From NCBI GenBank assembly GCA_965153285.1, contig OZ229119.1: a DNA stretch of 64,000 nt; one strand, written 5' to 3'. This document shows, piece by piece, positions 11,742-24,025 of the stretch. Below the pieces are notes generated by a model. The model worked only from the letters and a program-made list of their open reading frames with translations. It was not told where the DNA came from and did no database searches. The stretch is from Podarcis tiliguerta. Lineage: Eukaryota. Made by a program: the position numbers and the translations under genes. Position 1 is the first letter of the stretch. The number at the start of each line of letters is the position of its first letter.

Positions 11742-14700
11742 TCACATAGATAAATACAATGAAATGTAAATATTCTTACTTAAAACTAGCAGTAGTCAAA
11801 ACAGATTACATTAATACAAACATACAAAGGAAACAGCCTAAACAGCCTAATCCTAAACATACCCCCCACTGCCACAATTGCTTCAGCTTCATAATTTTAT
11901 TCAAGATCCACAAGCAGTAATTGAGAGGTTTCTCTTTAATTGCAGGTGGTGGTATTCAGATATGGGCTATAAGTGCTTTCCCATTTTAAAAAAACAACAA
12001 TCATTTGCTGAAACAACATTTATCTAACTTTTTTTGACTAGAAAGTGCTGGCAAGTCACCAAAGTACAGACAAATGCCTTCACATACAAGCAATTACTAT
12101 TGTTCCAAATTTAATCCATTTTTCCTCCCCCCCCCCCCAAATATTAACAGAAGCAATATGAGATGTTTCAGAATAGGATGATGCTTGAGGCAAAAAAATA
12201 AAAGTGGGCTGCGTTGGCAGTCCACAGAAGAAAAACGTGAGACCACCTAGTTAGAGGGATTGTTGCGTTTTAATCCTACTAGCAGAACAAATGCGAACGG
12301 GGATCAATTGGCATCTCTGGAGAAGAGAAGCAAATGGACAAATGCTACAGTCTGGTTATATGGAACTTCCCTGGTGAAAAAGTAGGAGATGTTGCAAGAA
12401 AAAGCCAACGTGGTGCAGTGTCAGAGTAGGACCTGCATACGCCAGGAGTAAGCAACACGCACACATGGGATTTCTCCCATTCACTTCTAGGGAAGAGGTT
12501 GCACCATGTGCACATGCAATGTGTGCAGCAGAGGTTTTCTTTCTGCAGTAAGTCATTGGAAGGAGGGTTTCTTTTTATTCAAAAGTCAATGGTAGCTGGC
12601 ATTCGCAAGGATGTATTACTTTATCTGCATTTCTCCTTGCTCTAGCCTAAGGATTTGGAGAAGTTAGAATTTATTCTTTTTGCACATTAATTATCTTGAC
12701 AACACATGAAATACATTTAGCTAAGAAATAGTAAGCTGCCTGTAGCTGCACAGGTTTCAGAGCTATTGTAGTCTGGATCAGCATTGCAAGGTCAACGTTT
12801 GCGGCAACTCTCTACAGATCTCCCAGGGAGTAAGCCTCAATGAACTCAGTGAGGATTACTTATTGGTAGATACACATAGAATTGCACCGATTCTGTCCAC
12901 TGCAGCACTTGCTTCAATCCAGCTCAGTCTTGTAATAATCACATTTCCCCCTTGGCTAAGCAAATGGTGTTCCTAAACATAGATTTGCCTTACGTTAGTT
13001 TACACCAGAATAGACTATCTAACCACCTACTGGTAGGACCAGGGAAGAGGAGAAACATGAAGTTGATCTCATAGGATTTTGGGGGGTGGATCTAAATATT
13101 GCTAAACTGCAAGTCCTGTCATCCCTGATGATTGGCCATGCTAGCTGGAGCAGTATCTGCGGGGCACCACCTTGGCATCCCTGCATAGTAACTTTGCAGA
13201 TATTACATTGATGGGAGGAAATGACACTACAGATGTATAAAGCATGACTGAACCTAAGCAATTCCTCACTAGGAATACCTGTAATGGCAGAATGCTGACA
13301 TGCTTAGTGGTCATGAATTATCTTAAGTCATGAATTATCTTAAGCTATGTGGCACAACCCCCTCCCTCCTTTCCAAAGCATGGAGTGTCTACTTCCTGAC
13401 TCTAAAGTGAAGCCAGTAATGACAAAAGTCCATCTAAAGCTAAAACACGACTGCCTCTTGGCTTCCAAATGGCAGATGGTAAAAAATATACCCTAATTTC
13501 TTTTGCAGGGTGCATTATCCCAAGTTTCCACTCCATTATGTTGAAAACAGACCACACTGTATTTACTGGTGGCTTTGCTAAAATAACCCTTGTGCACATT
13601 CTTCTTAACAATTCACTTTAACTGCAGCAAGGAAAGGGAGGCTGATGGCAAAGCCGCAGAAGCTCAGCCTACAAGAATGTTGACAGCACAGTGCTGTATA
13701 TAGAAATCCACTGCATGGATGTAATGAAGTTGCAAAGCTGAGCGAGGGTTTGCAAACTGCCCTTTGCAATGTTATTTTTCCCATGTCTCTTTCTGTACCA
13801 TATTATTTCCAATCTCCACATCAGATGATGGGCTGATTCTGGTTTACATTGTGGGCTCTTCTTGACATAATGTTTGGCTAGTTGGAGTGGCTTTTTATTA
13901 CCATACTTCTAGAAAACTTACACAGACACTGATAATTCGTGTAATGTTTCTGGGCTTAATGTTCAGAGTCATAAGCATAACAATGGAGATCTTCGATTCG
14001 TTTTGGTTTCTTATTTGCCCAAAATTTCTGATTATCTGCTCAACCTTTGGACTATTTAGGATTTTTATTCTCAATCTAAGACACTCTGGAATTAAATTCT
14101 TAAACTGCTTGGCTTCTCTCATTGGGCTAGTTCAGCTGATGCTTGAAAGGTCCACTCCAGCTATGTCCCCTGGCTGCACCCTGGCTCTGCCTCTGGCCAT
14201 CCACGCAGGAGAAAGCCATCCAAAATGCAGCCCATATGAATGAAATCCTACAGACATTAACCAAAATTGCATGATTGGTTCCCAGATAAATATCCAAGAA
14301 TCAGCCATGCAATTTTGGCAATGCTTTATGTGGGCCCCACCGACACATGTGGGGGTCCAGAGCATAACAAAAGGGATTTTCTCTATACCACAAGCTTTTG
14401 ACAATGCTGGTCACATAGCTACATTTTCGACATTATAGTAGAATTATGGAAGCCACTCCTGAATGATGACACTCCTGTAATGTTTAAAGACCTGCAGCTG
14501 TGTCAGTGGGTCCTTCTTAGCATCACATCATTGCCCTTGATCCTGGTCAGGTGGTGATTTTTGTTAAGCCCATGTGATTGGCCCTGAGCACATGGTTGTG
14601 GAACTTTAAATTACAGCAAGACTGTGGGATGACCCATATGAAAGCAACCTAAGACCATTTAAAAGGTACATCAATTCACGACAAAGCAGAGGCATATATA

Positions 14701-15439
14701 TTATGCAAGGAAAGGGCTCTCTTTGTCATTTACTTCAGCCTTTAGTACAGTTTCCCTTGCCTGAGTAAACATATCTGAGCTGTTTTAATAGGGTGTTTCA
14801 GGAAAACAGATCATATCAATCAGCTCTAAGAAGATTCTGCAGTCATTGTCACGAATGCTTTCTCATTCCATCAAGTGAAAAAGGCTGGGTAAACTATAGA
14901 GCTTCTCAGTTCTTGATTTCTCAACTGAGACCATTAAATTAAGAATTTAATTTTTACAGGATTTGAAAGATGTGAGTTATCCTTTCTTAGGAAACCAGAT
15001 GGGAGACTAATGCAGTGTATTTCACAAGCCACTGAGCAATAACTGTATGGGATCTGCTTTCATATACTTTTGACACAGTTATATTTGAACCAGTAACCCT
15101 CAGTCTGCATAGCCGTTATGATTCCCTTGAGCCATCTAGCCTGCTAAGTGGTTTACCCTCGGATGCAATCTGATGTTGCAATGAATTGCAAAATATGGGT
15201 GTTCCAAAGCCAGGATGAATGGTTTACAGCCATTTTATTTCATATGGTTTCAAGCAGATCTCTGTGTGCTGGTCTTTGTGGCTTCGCCTGTCCTCCTCCT
15301 CTGCTTTCTTTTGCAATTTGCTTACGATCATTCCTCAGGCTTATCATTAAAAGCAGACAGCATTGAAAGAGTTTCAACCAATTTCATAACACATTTTACA
15401 TTATTAAGACTCAAAACCACAATCTGACCCAGTTCTGTT

Positions 15440-15452
15440 GAAAAGCGAAACT
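15440..15452 (+). promoter_or_regulatory. ISRE/IRF motif
   Basis: GAAAAGCGAAACT matches GAAANNGAAACT. A RUNX-type AACCACA lies at 15415-15421, in repeat-free sequence. Confidence 0.35.
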
Positions 15453-15925
15453 AACTTGATTCCATGTGGGTAACGCTGTAGGAGTCTGATGCGTAGGCTG
15501 GGGGCTGGGGGGAGAGGGAGGAGAGATAACTTGATCATGTTTTCTCCCTTTCAGCCCCTTATGAGGAATGCTTTGGATTATTTACATTAGGGAGACACAC
15601 AACTCCACAAAAATGCAGTTTATATTTGATAGATGGCTGCTTTGTGTTACCAAGGAACACAATCTACTTCCAGAGATCTGTTTGGTCTTTGAAGATACAG
15701 AGATTGTCTCCTGCTATGGCCCCTCCTATCTGAGTAAAAGCCAGTAATGCCCCTTCCTCCATCCCAGTTTAGAAAACCATAAAATACAATTCCTTTGCCT
15801 ATAGAGTTTAGCTGTGACAAAGCTTTTCAGATCTGCTGTCAGAATACTGGGACTTGAAAGGCACAAGCTGGCTTATAAGCCTGTTGAAATTCTGTATTAA
15901 TTAGATGACAAAGATGGGAAGAGGC

Positions 15926-15931
<6 letters not shown>

Positions 15932-15968
<37 letters not shown>
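15932..15968. repeat. (GA)n microsatellite
   Basis: Directly visible. Confidence 0.95.
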
Positions 15969-15971
<3 letters not shown>

Positions 15972-17697
15972 AAAATAGCCCTACTCAGTGTTATCAAGCA
16001 AATTAAAAATAAAGCATGGGCAGAATACATCAGGCATGTCTCATTGCAAACAGGAAAGCTCAACTTTTAGCTGGAATTTAAACAGCAGTCTGTGCCTTGC
16101 AGAAACACACACAGTAATGTCAGACTCAGCAATGTCCCCGCTGATGTTTACAGCTATGCTCTGGTGTGTGGAAATGTAGAAAATCAGACGGTGGGTCCGC
16201 TTGGCTCCCCTGGCTCCGAGACAGCGAGCAAAAGAAAAAGACAGACTACACAAGCGCCACCTCACTTTCAGAGGTGTAATAGCAACAAAAAGGATGCACA
16301 GCTTTTGCAGCATGCATTTTCTTAATATGCATTGTGCACTCCAACAAAGTTGTTGTTGTTAAGGAAGATATTTGCAAGTAATGTATTGATTGATGGTGTT
16401 TTGGTTTTTTTCCTCGCTGGAAAGTTTGTTGGTGTTTGACGAAGAGACAGAAGTAGGCTGCAAGGCAAAAACACCATATCATTAAAGGAAATACCCCTAA
16501 ATTCGCCAGTTATTGCTGAAGAAACAGAGAGCTCTTTTTGCATCCAACATCGATGCTGTCCGCATTGCTTTTATTGCTGCTTTGATCTTCCACTCCATTT
16601 GCGGCTCTTTGCAGAGGGTGCAGCAATTCACAGTGTGATGACATCAGATTGCATGTGCTGTCTTTCTAGATAGAGGCAGGGCTGTTGCTGAAAGTGCCAT
16701 AACATTTCGTTCTGGTCCAAGAGTCCTCCTTCCATTGTTTTGCTATTGTTGTTAATGTTCCCAAGGTGCAGTGCTGTGAGAGTCACTTTTCCATGGCTTT
16801 GTTCCATGGTGATGTTGTAATGCTGAAAAGCCCGCAGCCACATGGCCAGGCCTGATGATCATCATATGGATGCTTCCCACCAATGTGGATCCCAAAGAGA
16901 AGGAAGGTGCTGATGCCATGGGAAAGACGCCACGTGATTTAACATACCCGCAGGGCTGCAGGCCTTTGAATATTCAAAACAGAGCAGAGGAATAAAGTCC
17001 AGGAAGAGTAATTCCCATGGTGTTGTTGTAGGGTATAAAAGCCAAGAGAATCTGAAGCAGTTCCAGCCTAGTAGAGTCAGTATTTTATAACCTGGGGATG
17101 CATCCGTCTTTAAACAGCCCTGAAGCTTTGAGAAGGTTAAAGCCCCAATTTTTACTGCTTTCTTCATTTGTTTAAAACATGTAAATAAATGTTCATCACA
17201 ATACCTTCAAGAGCAACTTAGTATAGTAACCAAATCTATAACGGATAATCTATAGTCATTTAGATTATCCGTGGAAATTCTACATTTGGCACCAAAATGT
17301 GTTGACCCCAAAATGAGCATGTTTACTATTGCCCCTTCAGTCCGAAGTGTCTCTGCCATACGTAAAGCAGCAACCATCAGTTAATTCAGACATATCTTTT
17401 TGATCGGGCTTTCCCTGGTCCATAAATTGGACCCCGTTTTTACTTGTTGGAATGCCTTGTATTCCTGTTTTTATGTGTTTCTGTACAACTGCTTTGCTGG
17501 TTTTGTCATATTTTTGTTTTAATTATTGTTTTTATGTTGTACACTTAAGTGGTTAATGAATACTTGAAATAGAATAGAATTAAAATTAAAAAGTGATAGA
17601 TGACGACTGAGAGAAACAATATTTAAAGTGTGTGGAGATAACAAAGAAAGGTTTTGCCTGATGCATAAAGGCTTTGGCACCAGGTTATCCTTCTCAG

Positions 17698-18402
17698 CAG
17701 GGTCGGATTTAGGTTTGATGAGGCCCTAAGCTAATGAAAAGGGACGGGGGTGGTGCTGTGGGTTAAACCACAGAGCCTAGGACTTGCCGATCAGAAGGTT
17801 GGCAGTTCGAATCCCCGCGACGGGGTGAGCTCCCATTGCTCGGTCCCTGCTCTTGTCCACCTAGCAGTTTGAAAGCACGTCAAAGTGAAAGTAGATAAAT
17901 AGGTACCGCTCCGGCGGGAAGGTAAACGGCATTTCCGTGCACTGCTCTGGTTTGCCAGAAGCGGCTTAGTCATGCTGGCCACATGACCCGGAAGCTGTAC
18001 GCCGGCTCCCTCAGCCAATAAAGCGAGTTGAGCTCCACAACCCCAGAGTCGGCCACGACTGGAACTAATGGTGAGGGGTCCCTTTACCTTTAAGCTAATG
18101 AAGGTAATGGGGCCCTTTATATGTCCAGCTGTCCTTTGTCAGCAACAAAGCTGTTTTTGTGCTGAATATATGCTGTAAGGTAATTTATGGACCTAATAGG
18201 TATCTAAAGCCATTTGCACATAACAAATAGGAGCTTACACAACACAAAACACTGTTGCTGTATGTAGGTTTTATTTTGTTTTTTATCTTATATTTTGGAA
18301 ATGTACATCCAGTTTTTTTGTCCTTTAAATTTTTTGGGGGGCCCCCAAGAGAGTGAGGCCCTAAACTGTAGTTTGTTTAGCTTATACAGAAATCCGGCAC
18401 TG
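17698..18402. mobile_element. Non-autonomous hAT element interrupted by a Sauria SINE
   Basis: TIRs CAGGGTCGGATTT / AAATCCGGCACTG. Perfect 8-bp TSD CTTCTCAG at 17690-17697 and 18403-18410. Confidence 0.9.
17741..18090 (+). mobile_element. Sauria SINE, full length
   Basis: GGGACG..GGTGGTGCTGTGGGTTAAACC head, GTTCGAATCC B-box and TTTACCTT tail. 12-bp TSD TAAGCTAATGAA at 17727-17738 and 18091-18102. Confidence 0.95.
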
Positions 18403-19237
18403 CTTCTCAGGGAGGACAACGTTTCAGTTGGGGGGCTGGTACTGAAAATGTATCCTCTCTAGTTGACATAGGTCTCACCTCTGAAAGAGGAGTGGCTCAT
18501 GGATGAACAAAACATGTTGTTTGCAGTATTCACTTGACAACTGCTTTTTAAAAAAGACCTACATGTCTAAAGTTAGAGGAACCAAATCATCCACATAGAA
18601 AAGCATGTGAATCTTATGGCAGCAGTGGCGTCAAGGGACCTTGGGTCTGTGTACTGAATGTGGCCTTTCTGGCCTCTGTATTTGAACCTCAGAACTCTCT
18701 GTAGACTATTGTTTTCCTTCCCATAAAGGAATATGGCCAATGGGGTGGGGTACATTTTTCAAGCCCTTGTCTTACAAGTTCCAGCTGAAGGGGAGAAACA
18801 ATTCTGGGCCAGAAAGCCATGAGGGAGATTGCTAGGCGAAAGGCTCTTTCAGCATTCACCCTGATTTGTTCACACAAAACGTATGTGGTGGTAAACTATG
18901 TCTGGTCTTGACTGAGCATCCATGCTGCTTTGTTTATGGGGTGCTTATACTACAATGAGCATTCATCCTGATTTTTGTGTGTGGTGTTTACAAGCCTTCC
19001 CATTAATGATTTGTTCATCCCACGTATTTCAGTGCATTTCCACATCACTTCCCTAATACAAAAAGTCATTTTTAGGGGGGGGGGATTTGTTGCACTAGGG
19101 CAACAGAGCACTTTAATCAACTTTAATTGTGCAAACCTAAATTTTCAGTACATGTCAGAATCCCTTCCTCAAAACAGTGGTATTCTAGAGGCACTCTTAC
19201 TTTTTCTAAGCTAATGAAAGCCTTTACAATAAAATGT

Positions 19238-19365
19238 GGGGGAACTATGGCCCTTAAGATGTTGCTGAACTCCCATCACCCCTGGCCATTAGTTAAGCTT
19301 GCTGTGGCTGATGGGAGTTGTAGTTCAGCAACATCTGATGTGCAAAAGTTTCATCAAACCTGCTT
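19238..19365. mobile_element. Degenerate palindromic hAT-type MITE
   Basis: AGATGTTGCTGAACTCCCATCA...TGATGGGAGTTGTAGTTCAGCAACATCT inverted core. Further relics at ~13100-13165, ~25245-25355 and ~63253-63375. Confidence 0.6.
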
Positions 19366-21299
19366 TACATAGTTTTCAGGCATGATGGGTGGCTATCCTC
19401 AGATTTTTTTGGTTCAGCATAGATATATTTCTGGAACCAGTGTAATAAAAGGTATTCCACATTACATCTTGTTTTGCTTTTTGTTCTTGGAAGCCCATTT
19501 TAAATTTCTGGATACTGTGTTATTGGCATTATAGTCAAAACCACCCCAGGAAAAATACATTGTCAGATACTGCCTTTTTATGATTTATAGGGTGTCTCTG
19601 TTTGTGCTGGCTGCTGCATATATATGATTTCAGGCAGAGATAGCTGTAATATAGGTGAGATCCTGATTTAAAGATAATTTTATTTTATTGCTTTTTTCTC
19701 CCTTATCAATTGTTTTATTGTAGTTGGATTTTTTATTTTTTTTATAAAAACAACATGATTCTGGCTTTTATTTGATGTGGTTTATACATATAGTATTTTT
19801 AGTATTTGCATGTGCAAATGCGATTTGCTGCATACCTTTGAGCCAGTTTGAAGTTTTGCAAAGGCTTTTGGCCATAAGCAGTAACAGTTTGAGCTGACAT
19901 ATCTGATTTTCCCTTCATGAATCACAGGTGCTGCTAGGAACCTTTGTACTGCCAGTGGGGCCTTTCCCCCACGAGGTTCCTAGCCTTGTGGGGGACGGAC
20001 TGCTGTTCTGATTGCAGTGGGGAAGGGAAGAGATAAGCCCCCACCTTGGGCCATCTGCAGATGACCATATAGAGTTATGGTGCATTTGGAGGGCCCCTTA
20101 AATAGTTGACTACATAAACTTTGCTTTGTGTACCTTTGAGAATTCATCTGCCCTCATTTTTTCTCAGTGTGTGGGCAGGAGGATATGGGAAGAGTTTCCA
20201 TTTGTCATTCCCTGAATGATACAGAGGAAAGATTCCAGCTGTCACATACCCTCCAACATCTCACAGAGGAAAACTGGAATGCACATCTTTGGGAGCTATG
20301 TTCTTGCAGGCTCCAGGTAACTCACATGAGAGCATGGCCCTCCAAAACAGGCAACTTTTGGTGCCGCACACCCACAGGGCATCCTGGGATGCAATCAGAA
20401 ACTGGGGTGGCTTCTATAATTCTGGGATGTTCTGCTCAAATTGGGACAGTGATGGGTGTGCTGTCATTCACTTGGAACAAAAGAGTCATACCAGCAGGCA
20501 GGAGAAGAGGGATTGATATGAGTTCCAGAGAAAGAATAGGATGGGGGGAGGAATATAGCTGCATCAACTTTCACAGCTCCTGGACATTTCAAGGAACATA
20601 TCCTCCACCATGTCATACCCCTCTTCGTATAAAAAAGGTCATTCCCTAAGGCCTTCCCAAACTGTTTTTATGGATTGCTGAAGCTACTGCTCCATTGACT
20701 GTATGTGGCACTCACTTACTCTGTAATAGACTTCCTTGCACTGATGTTGAAAATTGCCCTACAATAGGATATTGACAGTTCATTGAATAGCCTTTGACTA
20801 TTGTTTGCCTTTTGGTTTGACTCATTTTAAATAGAAGTCATTTTGCAATCACAGGATGAAATCTGGAATATAAATCAAGAAACCTCAGCAGCAGTTGCAG
20901 AGTGGAAAATGGTGGGTCCTGTGTGACATGGTGCCTTATGGTTCCTGTGCATGCATTTAAATACATTTACTAAAGATGTCCCCTTGGAAATTTACTGCCT
21001 AGATACCTGGGGAAATGACTGAAGCCTGAAGAATGACCACTAGCAACTCCCACTGAAGTGACTGAAATCCGGAGATAAATCACTGTTACAATAAAGGTTG
21101 TAGTTGTGACCTGCCAATGCCCCACACTCATAAGTGAAATAGCCTAAAGTGGGGAGCACCCTCTAAAAACTCTGTATAATCCATACCAAAAATACTGTAT
21201 CCGAAAATATCCACAACTGGAATTGACGCTCAGGGGACAACTGGAAGCTGGAGGATGTGCAGGAAAGTGGTGGCTGCTGCTCATCAGCTGTTAGGCAGG

Positions 21300-21530
21300 G
21301 ATACTGAGCAGCATAAACAAGGCTGTGCTGTGCCTTTGTTCTCTCTGGAGCTTCCTCTGCCCTCACTGACATATATTTGGGCTCCAGGGAGGGTTTCCTC
21401 AAGAGGCATAAGCACTGTCCTGTTCTCTCCCGCCATTTCCAGGTTTGAACTGTTTTGTATTTCCCAGTGCTGCACATACACACAATCAACTTGTGCATCT
21501 GTGTATAAGTGGGGGGATGCCTGTACTGTA
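21300..21530 (+). repeat. Old dispersed repeat; second copy at ~53915-54112
   Basis: Both copies share, in the same order, TTTGGGCTCCAGGGAGGGT, CCATTTCC, TATTTCCCA and GTG(T)GGGGGATG...CCTGTA. Confidence 0.6.
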
Positions 21531-22763
21531 TGATAAGCTTGGTAACAAAAAACTAGTATATGAAATGCTTATAGGACACATGAATGGACAAGAACTTTCT
21601 CTCTCTCTCTCTTAAACAAGAACAGAACAGCAAAAGGAAACTCCTGCTTCACCCTAGATACAACTTAAAACTGTAATGACACTTTCCACACATATCCCTC
21701 CCTCCTTATTTTTATGCGAGAATTAAATAAGTTTCATAATAGAGAAAATCCCATTGCAACCTGATTCTGTATATAACTCCCAGCAACGATAGTGTGGCAA
21801 GCCAGTTCCAGCATTCCTATGAGGTGAATCCATTCCTCAGTTCAATGCTAAACTAATGCACAAATCATGGGAAAACAAATCAGAGATAACTATGAGATAA
21901 CTATGCCCTGGCATTGATTTTTATCTTTCAAAGTACGTCATTCATTGTTCCCTTTGGGTTGTTTCTGATGGCAGATCTTCCTTCATTTGAAAGGCTAGAC
22001 CTTGTGAAGTAGTTTGAAAGCGATCAGACAGACAGAGCCTCTGGGGGTGTATGCTGCTGTTTCAGGAGCTGCACACCTCCCACACAGCTCTGCTTAAGAA
22101 GTCTCTGTAGTATCAGGTGAGGAAAAGCCTGTCCAAGGCTTTTTGAACGTGTCATCCATACTGTGAGAACAAAAAAGGCAGACCTTATAGAAAACACCTG
22201 TGGAAACGGAAAGCAATTTAAAACCAGATGAGGAGATAAAACTCCAAAGGTGGATGTTTTACTAGGCTTCTTAATTCTCACTCGAGTTTCTGTTGTGAGT
22301 TTTATGAGAAATAGTTGCTGCGATGTCTTTTCTTTTTGGTAATGAACTTTTCTTTTGATTGGGAGGGTCCTAGAGGACCATAAGGCTGTATTGGTGCAGC
22401 AGAGGAATTCTGTATGCACACATTGTTCATCATTTACAATTCACAGAAAATGTATAGAGCACCTCACAAATGTTTCCTTTTCACTCCTGCAGACACTGCA
22501 AGGGGAAACTGCATGTATCATCAACCAAACATCTGTAAGCAACAACCTCTCCTTGCTTCCAGTTGAGCATGCCCTTCTGGTCTTAAGAATCTAGAAATGT
22601 TAACATAACTTAAAGATGGGGGAAATCAACATTAATTCCCCCATTTTTTCCTGTGTGTTTCATTTCTTTTCTTTAAAGCTTACATCTTGAATATCTTCTT
22701 TCAAGTGCATTCACAACAAAAACACAACTTTTTATATACCTTGCAATCAATAAGTGTTCAAAG

Positions 22764-22864
22764 TACTGGCAAACAAGTAACTTTGGACTGAAAGAAAGTA
22801 TGGGCCTGAATGTAGTTTAAATTTATAAGGAAGCCTGAAAATATACAGTACAGAAGATAATAAA
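22764..22864 (+). repeat. 101-bp segment repeated in inverted orientation at 35133-35233
   Basis: Manual alignment gives 96/101 identity with no indels. Confidence 0.9.
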
Positions 22865-22869
22865 AGTAT

Positions 22870-23730
22870 CTCAGTGCCTCAGGACAATGGGGAGAAGAAG
22901 AGGGTGCTGGTGAGGTGTGTAGCCATGACTGGTACACACTGGGGCAATCTGAGGGCGGAGAAGCAGAGATTGGCGGTGTAGAAAGCACTCATGGGGTGAC
23001 AGAGGATGGCAAACAGATGGAGGTCAGTTAGGGCTGCCATACGTCTGAAAATAGCACCTGGGTAGAATTTTCAGAAATTAGTTAAAATGTCTGGGAAAAT
23101 CTGGGGTGTATGGTAGCCCATATCAGAAGTGTTGATTTTTTGACAAATTTCCTAAAAAGCTCAACAACTTATGTCTGGATTTTCACTTTTTGAAATATGA
23201 CAACCCTAGGTCAGTGCACAGGAACCAGAGGAGCAGGACGCATCACCAGAGCAGTCCCCATCTCCATAAACATTGCAGGCTCTGAGGCGCAGGGAGTAGC
23301 GGGAGGGGTGCTCTAGGAGGCTGTGGCAGGCAAGGGCACACATCCCAGCTCCCTAGCTGGCCGGGTGGGGTTTCTAGCTGTGGGAGGAGCTGTGTGATTC
23401 CTCAGCTGGAGTAGGTTTGGAACAGGTGAGGGTCATCTGCCTCATCAAGCCCAAATTCTGCAATCAGCAGGCAAACTATGAAAGGGCAGCCAAGCTGAGG
23501 TGCTGTGTCTGTTCAACTTCCCATGTTGATGGACCACAGCTTGGTGTCCTAGGAGCTCCATGGAAATGTTCTTTTGGGGATTGAACTCTGGACTGGCTTC
23601 AGAGGTGGGAATCAGGCCTGACTGTTAGACTTGGCCTGCTGTATTGAACCTGGACCGTGTTCCCTGATCTCATTAGCATTTGCCAGCAGGACTGGACACC
23701 AAGTATGCTGGGGTTCTGGACACACAGAAA
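22870..23730 (+). mobile_element. LTR-like GC-rich element (possible Gypsy solo LTR) with nested hAT MITE
   Basis: Purine/GC-rich block that differs from its flanks and resumes after the nested insertion. Boundaries are approximate. Confidence 0.35.
23029..23208. mobile_element. hAT MITE
   Basis: TIRs TAGGGCTGCCATA / TATGACAACCCTA. The flanking (A)GGTCAGT is duplicated. Confidence 0.8.
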
Positions 23731-23844
23731 TGGGAAAAACTAGACTTCTGTGATATTGATTCAAAGCCTCAAAGTCATTTGCTTTGTGCTTTTATTATTC
23801 TGATCCTATAGTGTACAATGTTTGAAGCCTTGATGGAACTGACA

Positions 23845-24025
23845 TTAGGGAGATCTGAGTTCAAGTTAATACTCGCCCATAAGGCAACTGGGTAATGTTT
23901 GGCCAGTCAGTGTCTCTCAGCCATCTATCTTCATAGGATTGCTGTGAGGGTAAGGAGGGGGCATGAATACCCCCTTGAGCACTTTGGGGAAAGTAGGATA
24001 AAATTGTAATAAATAAATAATAAAA
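23845..24025 (+). mobile_element. Old tRNA-derived (MIR/Squam-like) SINE
   Basis: GAGTTCAAG B-box, CTGGGTAATGTTTGGCCAGTCA...TCTCTCAGCC core and (TAAA)n tail. Confidence 0.6.

Noticed and set aside
13887-14243. 118-aa hydrophobic ORF resembling a membrane protein
   Set aside because: It starts at GTG, has no recognisable motif or splice context, and the T-rich composition explains the hydrophobicity.
20167-20649. 160-aa ORF
   Set aside because: It overlaps a decayed hAT-like repeat (CATACCCTCCAACAT end) and has no protein family resemblance.
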